Shown here piece after piece: positions 57,105-64,000 of a DNA stretch of 64,000 nt (positions within the stretch are counted from its first letter, which is position 1; each line of letters begins with the position of its first letter). The notes under the pieces are model-generated. The model saw only the letters and a program-made list of their open reading frames with translations, had not been told where the DNA came from and did not search any database. The stretch lies in the NCBI GenBank assembly GCA_963790205.1, contig CAWBNQ010000001.1, positions 1,088,001-1,152,000 on the forward strand, read 5' to 3'. Position numbers and translations under genes: made by a program. The DNA is from Nitrospirota bacterium (GTDB lineage: Bacteria > Nitrospirota > UBA9217).

Positions 57105-58097
57105 ATGCTTTCCTCGGAACGTCTCGTCACTGCCGTTCATGATCTTCTTCGCATTGCCCTCGTATCAATCCCCGCCCTGCTTCTGTCCTGCTCTTCCCAA
57201 CAGGAGAGCGAACAGATGTTCACCATCACGGCCGAAGAGCTGCAAACGCAGAAGCTCGCCTATTATTCAGATTACTTTTCCTTTATCGGCAGCGACGACC
57301 GGGGGATGGTCGCCTTTGCGCTGGACAACAACCGGGGACGGGACGGCGACTCGTGGCAGGCCGAGCACTTTGTGGCGCTGCACGATGAGAAGACGGGGTG
57401 GCAGGCCGTCACCGGCAGCGGCCCCTATTATAATGTTACGAGACAGCTCGAAACCATTCCTAACTCACCCGATTTTTCATTCGAGGGGACCGCAAACACC
57501 GGGCTGAAGATCCTCAGCGGAACGAATGTGCTCGAACTCAAGATCGCGCCGGAGAAGGTCCAGATCGCCGAGAAAAGGGGCCTGGCTGAATACCGTCTTG
57601 GTTCGGCGGAGGCGACCCTTCTCTGGAGGGAGCGAACGCTCACGGGCCGCGTCATTCACGAATATCTCTTCGTGCCCGCCTTTAACCGCCTGACCCGGAA
57701 ATACGCCGGCGAGTTCAGCGATTTTCACGGCATCTATGCCTCGATTCAGAATGTCGGCGACCTGTATATTCATACGCAGAAAAGCAGGTTCTTTTCGCCC
57801 CTGATCGCGAGGCAGGAAGGGTTCCTGTTCCTCAACGGGCGGGGATACCGTTTGTCGTCACTGGGCGTGAGCGTTCGAAAAACGTCCTTTGCCCCGGGAT
57901 TCTACCGGTGGCCGGCAGGGTGGGAGGGCAGTTTTGCGGCAGGTCTCGATCATTATGCGTTCACCGGCCGGATCACGGACAGAAAGACGATCAGCAACTG
58001 GGTGACCGGCGGCTTCGCCATGGGGATCGTGAAAGGGAGCCTGGTTTCCGCTCACGAGACATGGACGCTGTACGGTTTGGGAGAGCTGATCATGTAA
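57105..58097 (+). CDS. Hypothetical lipoprotein
   Basis: AAGGAG RBS; lipobox LLSC; beta-rich. Confidence 0.7.
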   Translation: MLSSERLVTAVHDLLRIALVSIPALLLSCSSQQESEQMFTITAEELQTQKLAYYSDYFSFIGSDDRGMVAFALDNNRGRDGDSWQAEHFVALHDEKTGWQAVTGSGPYYNVTRQLETIPNSPDFSFEGTANTGLKILSGTNVLELKIAPEKVQIAEKRGLAEYRLGSAEATLLWRERTLTGRVIHEYLFVPAFNRLTRKYAGEFSDFHGIYASIQNVGDLYIHTQKSRFFSPLIARQEGFLFLNGRGYRLSSLGVSVRKTSFAPGFYRWPAGWEGSFAAGLDHYAFTGRITDRKTISNWVTGGFAMGIVKGSLVSAHETWTLYGLGELIM

Positions 58098-58257
58098 TCA
58101 TCGCCTTTTGAATTTCCCCCACTCCGCCGGGAGATGGCCGGGTCGGGGACTGTTTTACCTTCGCATTGCGAAGGCAGGTTGTCATGATGCCCGGGAATTT
58201 AAGGAGAGGTCCTGATTCCTTGATTTAAATCGAGCGCCTTTTCCGGAGAGAGCAGCC

Positions 58258-59097
58258 ATGGGAGTTATTGACTATTTCAAACCCGTTGAAACGATGACCG
58301 CTGAGGAAGTGCGGGAATTCCTCCGGAGCCGGGACCCCCGCGAGTACAATCTCATTGACGTTCGCCAGCCCGGGGAGTACGAGCAGGGCCATATCCCCGG
58401 CGCGAGACTCATCCCCGTGGCCGAGCTTCCGGGCAGGCTCGCGGAGCTGGACCCCGGCAAGCCAGTCATAACGTACTGAGGATCGGGCATGCGCAGCCGT
58501 GCCGCTGCGTCAATGCTCCAGACCGCGGGGTTCGCGACCGCCCGCAGCATGCTGGGCGGCATCCGGGCCTGGGAGGGGCTGACTGCGCCGGGCCAGCCCG
58601 AGGCGGGCATGGCGTACTTTACGATAGCGGCGCGAGCGGAGGAACTCACGGCCCTCGCGTGGCTTTTGGAGGAAGGCTCCCGCAGGTTCTACGAAGAGGC
58701 ACAACGGTCCCGTGCGGACAGCGACGTTCAAAAGCTCCTTTCCGGCCTTGTCTCGGCGGAAAAGCATCACAAGGCATCCCTGGAAAATCTCTATCAGACA
58801 CTCACCGGCTCCCGGCCGGGACAGGGATTCCCCTCGTCGCTTTTGCCCGATGCGATGCCGGGAGACTACCTGGAAGGCGGCGTGCGGGTGAGCGAGGCGC
58901 TCGCGTGGGCAAAGGGAAAAAGCACAAAGGAATTCCTGGAACTGGCGATGTCCCTTGAGGCGGCTTCCTACGACCTGTACATAAAAATGGAGCGGCGCGT
59001 TGAAGGGGAAAACTCTAAAAAGGTCTTCGGCCTCCTCGCCAATGAAGAGAAGATGCACCTCGAGAGCCTCGCGTCGCTCCTGGACAGGAAGGTTTGA
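58258..59097 (+). CDS. Rhodanese-rubrerythrin(ferritin-like) fusion selenoprotein, UGA(Sec) at 58477-58479
   Basis: Two in-frame ORFs joined by UGA give ITY-U-GSGMRS, the rhodanese CxxGxRS loop; then EEGSRRFY/EKHH/EKMH ferritin-like motifs. Confidence 0.9.
58491..58510 (+). promoter_or_regulatory. Putative bacterial SECIS hairpin
   Basis: GCGCAGC-CGTGCC-GCTGCGT; loop starts 18 nt after the UGA. Confidence 0.7.
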
Positions 59098-59453
59098 GGA
59101 AGATCGAAGAGGGGGCGCCGTGGGTTTCAAGGAAACAAGGCCCGGGCTGCTTGCGGACAATCCGTTCACGGGACGCCCGTCCCTGCGGGTACGACGGCGT
59201 CCTTCAAGGTCATGACGGGGACCTCTTATGGCGCTCTTGCCATTTCCGGGAATATCTTTTGCGCTTCGTAAGAACCTGCAGTGTTCATCAGGCAATGCCC
59301 GCGAAAGCATCCGGGACAAGAACGCCCGAACGCCCGCGCCGGGGGAATGACCTCACTCCTTTGCCGATCTCCTGCTATAATTCAAGGAGAGAGAAGTCAT
59401 ACCGCTGCCCAATACAGGCGAGCTTCCCATAATCCGGATTATGGAGGTCCCCG

Positions 59454-60368
59454 ATGGCTGAAACCAGAAAGATCCGAAAAGTGATCAAGGGCAAACCCAC
59501 ACTCGAAGGCGCGGGTGTGCATCTCAGGCGCGTATTCGGGAACAGCGAAGTCCCGTTGTTCGATCCCTTCCTGCTGTTCGACGATTTCCGCAACACCGAT
59601 CCCTACCAATACATTAAAGGCTTCCCCTGGCACCCGCATCGGGGGATCGAGACGATCACCTACGTGCTCAAGGGCGATGTCGAACACGGAGACAGCATGG
59701 GAAACAAAGGAGTCATCTCCTCGGGCGACACCCAATGGATGACCGCGGGGAGCGGCATCATCCACCAGGAGATGCCGAAGGGAGACGATGAGGGCGTGAT
59801 GGAGGGCTTTCAGCTCTGGGCCAATCTCCCGAAGTCCCGCAAGATGATGGGCCCCCGGTACCGCGACATACAAAGCTCGCAGGTCCCGGAGGTGGTGACG
59901 AAGAGCGGCGCGAAGATCAAGGTCATCTGCGGGACCGTGGAGGGGACGCAGGGCCCGGTCAGGGACATCGTCATCGACCCGGAGTATCTCGATGTCACGC
60001 TGCCGGCCCTCTCGGAGTTCGTCCATAGGACCACGCGGGGCCACACCGTGTTTGCCTACGTCATCGGCGGCAAGGGCGTCTTCTGCAACGAGAAGGACCC
60101 CTTCGCCTACGACGCCGGGGGGGTGAACTACTTCGACATGGAGCGCGATGCCTACATCCGCAACGGGACGGCGGTCCTCTTCGACGACGGCGACCAGGTA
60201 ACGGTCGCGGCGCAGGGTGAACCGGTCCGCTTCCTGCTCATCTCCGGCAAACCCATTGGCGAGCCCGTGGCCTGGTACGGCCCGATCGTGATGAATACGG
60301 AGGAGGAACTGCGGATAGCGTTTGAGGAGTACCGGGCCGGCACGTTCATCAAGTACAAAAAACAGTAA
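59454..60368 (+). CDS. Pirin family protein
   Basis: DPFLLFD, GFPWHPHRGIETITY, QWMTAGSGIIHQE, GPIVMNT. Confidence 0.95.
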   Translation: MAETRKIRKVIKGKPTLEGAGVHLRRVFGNSEVPLFDPFLLFDDFRNTDPYQYIKGFPWHPHRGIETITYVLKGDVEHGDSMGNKGVISSGDTQWMTAGSGIIHQEMPKGDDEGVMEGFQLWANLPKSRKMMGPRYRDIQSSQVPEVVTKSGAKIKVICGTVEGTQGPVRDIVIDPEYLDVTLPALSEFVHRTTRGHTVFAYVIGGKGVFCNEKDPFAYDAGGVNYFDMERDAYIRNGTAVLFDDGDQVTVAAQGEPVRFLLISGKPIGEPVAWYGPIVMNTEEELRIAFEEYRAGTFIKYKKQ

Positions 60369-60725
60369 ACTCAAGGTCAGAACACAAGGCAGCCCCGTCG
60401 GCTACGGCGTACGGAGAACGATCACAAATTTTTTTTATGGAGTTTCCCGGCCGGCGTTGCGGCAATAATTTCAAACTCTGCCTGTCAGCCTTTTTTGACA
60501 TTGCCTTATTGCGGCGGCCTGCGTGTCTTTGTTCGGAAGATCAGGCCCATCCTTTTTCTCACCGGGCCCATGAGGTCCCGTCCTCGCCGTCAGGTCCTCC
60601 CCTGGTCCCCCCGGAAATATCCTCTTGATTTTAGAAAAGAATCAATGGTACTATCGCCCATTGTGCGAACGGAACACGCCTTGAGGGCCCCCATGCAAAA
60701 CAATCGTACGCGCCGGAAGACGGAG

Positions 60726-61568
60726 ATGCCGGACTTCCCCTTGAGGTCGATCTGTTTGCCCTTGCTCTTCGCAGTGCTCCCGCTGTTGTTTTTTTGCCCG
60801 TCGAAAGCGCATGCCGCTGATTATCTTACCGTGAGCGGGTGTTCCATAAGCAATGTAGGCTATTTGACCGATCTTGCCGATGAATATGAAAGACGAACAG
60901 GCGTAAAGATATTCGTCAGGGGGGGCGGCAGCGTCGTGGGCATAGAGGACCTCAGGAGCGGCAAGATCGATTTTGCCGCGTCGTGCAGGCCCAGGGCCGC
61001 GGGAGATCCCGCGGACATCACGTACATCCAGGTCGCCTGGGACGCGCTGGCCTTCATCGTCCATAAGTCCAATCCGGTGGAAAACGTCACGCTCGGCGAG
61101 GTGCGGTCGATCTATGCCGGCAAGGTGACCAATTGGAAGCAGCTCAAGGGCCGCGATGCCCCGATACAAGTATTCATTTCCCGGACGGGGAAAGGCCTCT
61201 CCGGCGTGGAAGCGTCCACCAAACAACTGGTCCTGAACGGGAAGGAACCCCGGGGGTCCGCGAACACCGTTTTTGTCGCGTCCTCGGGCATTGTCGAGCA
61301 GATGGTGGAAGAAAGCCCCGAAGGCTTTGCCACCACGGGCGTCACGAGCGCCAGGAAACGGAACGTAAAGATCCTGAAGGTAAACGGCGTCACCCCCACG
61401 AACAAGGCCATTATCGATAACCGGTATTCCCTGAAGCGGCCGCTCTTCATCCTCATGCCGAAAAACCCCAAGCCGGAGGTGAAAAAGTTCGTTGATTTCA
61501 CCCTGAGCAAAGCGGGACAGCGGTTCATACAATCGTTGAACGTCATATCGATTCTGGACGTTAAATGA
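60726..61568 (+). CDS. PstS-like periplasmic substrate-binding protein
   Basis: Signal peptide; GGGSVVGI, VAWDALAFIVHKSNPV, YSLKRPLF. Confidence 0.85.
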   Translation: MPDFPLRSICLPLLFAVLPLLFFCPSKAHAADYLTVSGCSISNVGYLTDLADEYERRTGVKIFVRGGGSVVGIEDLRSGKIDFAASCRPRAAGDPADITYIQVAWDALAFIVHKSNPVENVTLGEVRSIYAGKVTNWKQLKGRDAPIQVFISRTGKGLSGVEASTKQLVLNGKEPRGSANTVFVASSGIVEQMVEESPEGFATTGVTSARKRNVKILKVNGVTPTNKAIIDNRYSLKRPLFILMPKNPKPEVKKFVDFTLSKAGQRFIQSLNVISILDVK

Positions 61569-63781
61569 ATTCCTCACTGCACAAAAGGGTAACGATATTC
61601 ATAACGCTGGTAATCTTCATGAGCGGCGCCCTCAGCACGTATCTCTTTACCTCGGCCTTCAGCCGCAGCAAGGAACGGGGACTCATTCTCCGGGGTACGA
61701 CGCTCTGCACTTCGCTCTCCAAGGCCGCGGAGGAGGGCCTTGCCAAAGAAGACCTCAGCCTCATTAAAAAAGCCTCCCATATCATACAAGCGCCGGACGT
61801 CACCCTGGCACAGGTGTATTCGAACATTTGGGAGCCGCTCGATTCCTACCCCGTCAGCAGCTGGAAAAATCCCCCGCTTGCGGAGGCCGTCAGTCATTTC
61901 AAAGCCGGCTCAGCGCCGTTCCACACGAAGATTGCCGGCGGGTATGACTTTTACAGCCCGATCTTGTTCAGCGCTTTTGAGGAATCACCGCCCACCACCA
62001 TCGGCTATGTCCGGGTCACCCTGTCGTCCGCCGCGTTTCACAGGGAGGTGAGGACGCTCGCCGCCATCAATATCGCGGTTTCGATCGTCATCATGTTCTT
62101 CGCGATCCTGTCGCTCAACATCCTTATCCAGCGCTTTGTGGTAAGGCCCGTCATGGCCCTCCACCAGTCGATCTCGCGGTTTAAGAGCGGCGCCCCGGCC
62201 GGGGACGCGATCATCCCCGGGGGGACCACAGGTGAGATCCGCGAACTTGCCCTGGAATTCAACCGGATGTGCGCAACGGTCAAGGAAAATGAGAATAAGC
62301 TCGTTGAGTCGGACCGGCGCATACGGTCGCTCTTTGACCGGGTCGAACATGCCATTTTCAGGACCGACAAGGACGGCGAGATCGTGGAAGCGAACAGCAG
62401 GTTCCGCAGGATGTTCGGCAAGGTGACGGGGCTGTGCGACATCATGATCGGAGACCTGAACGCCGCCACCTGCCTCAGAAAAGCGGCCTCGGAAAAGGCG
62501 CTTCATATCGAAGACAAGGCCGCCGCGTGGAACGGGGAAGAGCTCGTTATCTCGCTGTCCTTGTATCCCGAGCGGGACGACGGCGGCGACGTCAAGGGTT
62601 TTGACGGATATATCATCGATATCACGGAAAAGAAGAGGCTGGAAGAACGGCTGATGCGGTCCCAAAAGCTGGAAGCGGTCGGCACCCTTGCGGCCGGCAT
62701 GGCCCATGACTTCAACAACCTCCTGACGGCCATACTCGGCTATTCCGGGATCCTGCTGAAAATGGTAAAGGAGGGCGACCCGTTCTACAAGCCGACCTCC
62801 GTGATCCACGCTGCCGCGAAGCGGGGCGCGGAACTGGGAAGAAAGATCCTCGCCGTCACCCGCAAGGAGAAAATGGCGACAAAGCCGGTGAACATCAACG
62901 ACATCATCCTGCACTCCATGGACCTGCTCCAGAGAAGCCTCCCCAAGGACATCGAGATCGTCATGAAGCTCAAGGACGCCCTCCCGATGACGAACGCGGA
63001 CCCGTCGCAAATGCAGCAGGTGATCATCAATCTGGCGGTAAACGCCCGCGATGCCATGCCCGGCGGGGGCAAGCTGATCATAGAGACCTCGGTGGCCGGC
63101 CCGGCGAACGGTACAGGCGACCATGCCGGCGCGGACGGGTCCGGGTTCATCAAGCTGTCCGTGTCGGACACGGGCGAGGGCATCGATTCCGAGACGCAGG
63201 CAAAGATCTTCGATCCGTTTTTTACGACCAAAGAGGTTGGAAAAGGCACGGGACTCGGCCTCTATATCGTGCACTCCATCGTAAACAACCACGGCGGATA
63301 CATCAATCTCTACAGCGAACCGCAGAAGGGAACGCGGTTCAACATCTATCTTCCCATCGCGAAAGGCGACGCAGTGGAAGCGCCGCCTGAGGCCGTGGAC
63401 GTGAGGGGCGCCGGGACGATCCTCGTTATCGACGACGAGCCCGATGTCAGGGAACTGTGTAAAGACGTACTGGCCCCCCTCGGCTACACGGTCCTGCTTG
63501 CGGAAAATGCCGGCGCGGGCATCAACCTTTACCGGGAAAAGCAGAACGAAATCGCCCTGGTCATTCTGGACATGATCATGCCCAGAATGGGGGGCACCGA
63601 GGTGTTCCACGCGCTCCGGACGATCAACAGGAACGTCAAGGTCCTCCTGTACTCGGGCTACGGCCACGTCAATTTTGCCGGGATCGACGAACTGCTGAAA
63701 CAAGGCGCAAACGGATTCATCCAGAAACCGTTCTCAGCCCAGGACATCGGCATTGCCATAAAAAACGTTCTCTCGGAATAA
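61565..63781 (+). CDS. Hybrid sensor histidine kinase (TM-HAMP-PAS-HisKA-HATPase-REC)
   Basis: [43 protein letters not shown]. Confidence 0.95.
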   Translation: MNSSLHKRVTIFITLVIFMSGALSTYLFTSAFSRSKERGLILRGTTLCTSLSKAAEEGLAKEDLSLIKKASHIIQAPDVTLAQVYSNIWEPLDSYPVSSWKNPPLAEAVSHFKAGSAPFHTKIAGGYDFYSPILFSAFEESPPTTIGYVRVTLSSAAFHREVRTLAAINIAVSIVIMFFAILSLNILIQRFVVRPVMALHQSISRFKSGAPAGDAIIPGGTTGEIRELALEFNRMCATVKENENKLVESDRRIRSLFDRVEHAIFRTDKDGEIVEANSRFRRMFGKVTGLCDIMIGDLNAATCLRKAASEKALHIEDKAAAWNGEELVISLSLYPERDDGGDVKGFDGYIIDITEKKRLEERLMRSQKLEAVGTLAAGMAHDFNNLLTAILGYSGILLKMVKEGDPFYKPTSVIHAAAKRGAELGRKILAVTRKEKMATKPVNINDIILHSMDLLQRSLPKDIEIVMKLKDALPMTNADPSQMQQVIINLAVNARDAMPGGGKLIIETSVAGPANGTGDHAGADGSGFIKLSVSDTGEGIDSETQAKIFDPFFTTKEVGKGTGLGLYIVHSIVNNHGGYINLYSEPQKGTRFNIYLPIAKGDAVEAPPEAVDVRGAGTILVIDDEPDVRELCKDVLAPLGYTVLLAENAGAGINLYREKQNEIALVILDMIMPRMGGTEVFHALRTINRNVKVLLYSGYGHVNFAGIDELLKQGANGFIQKPFSAQDIGIAIKNVLSE

Positions 63782-64000
63782 GTCCGAGCAGCGCCCCGAA
63801 GGAAGATCGAGGTTCTTTGCTCCTGGTTTCCCCATAGTGCTATTCACTTCAGAGTGGATGGAACATCACACCACAATCAAACTTGGCTCATCAAGATACA
63901 TGATGGACGTTTATTTCTTTTTTCAATTTTTCATTACTGGTCTTCTTACAAGTGCATTCGCGAGAAACTTTTCGAGGTGAAATGAATCTAACCTGTCGTT

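Noticed and set aside
59100..59450. Riboswitch or ncRNA upstream of pirin
   Set aside because: GC-rich with possible hairpins, but no family-defining motif recognised by eye; needs an Rfam scan
22303..63703. Long antisense ORFs (for example 22303-23334, 38572-39786, 41165-42343, 61985-63703)
   Set aside because: Shadow frames of well-supported GC-rich genes on the opposite strand, with no motifs

Overview
GC-rich bacterial chromosomal window, inferred to be Nitrospirota- or Desulfobacterota-like and probably selenocysteine-using. (1) A complete ~20 kb AT-rich Tn7-like transposon (1802-21808) has both TGTCAGT...ACTGACA ends visible and encodes tnsA-tnsB-tniB-tniQ plus a distant TnsE-like gene. 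It splits a small DUF2892 membrane-protein gene whose halves rejoin in frame. Its cargo looks defence-related: SPPY DNA methyltransferase, GHKL/MORC-like ATPase with a small partner, HhH-GPD glycosylase, an Mrr nuclease hit twice by IS630 elements, an AbiGi-like protein, membrane proteins and an orphan antitoxin. (2) Housekeeping/metabolic genes occupy 22-35 kb. (3) An electron-transfer operon at 36-45 kb encodes a cupredoxin-like protein, a Cyc2-like cytochrome-porin, a CydA-like oxidase subunit without CydB, three c-type cytochromes, a USP and a radical SAM enzyme. (4) A second accessory/defence block at 46-55 kb holds a TA pair, an Mrr-SF2 helicase fusion with seven tandem HA repeats and a two-gene RM system, with repeated promoter-bearing modules. 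(5) Two UGA-interrupted genes (FmdB-type zinc ribbon; rhodanese-rubrerythrin fusion) have identically positioned SECIS-like hairpins. No rRNA, tRNA or CRISPR array was seen. All family calls are by eye from motifs, not database searches.
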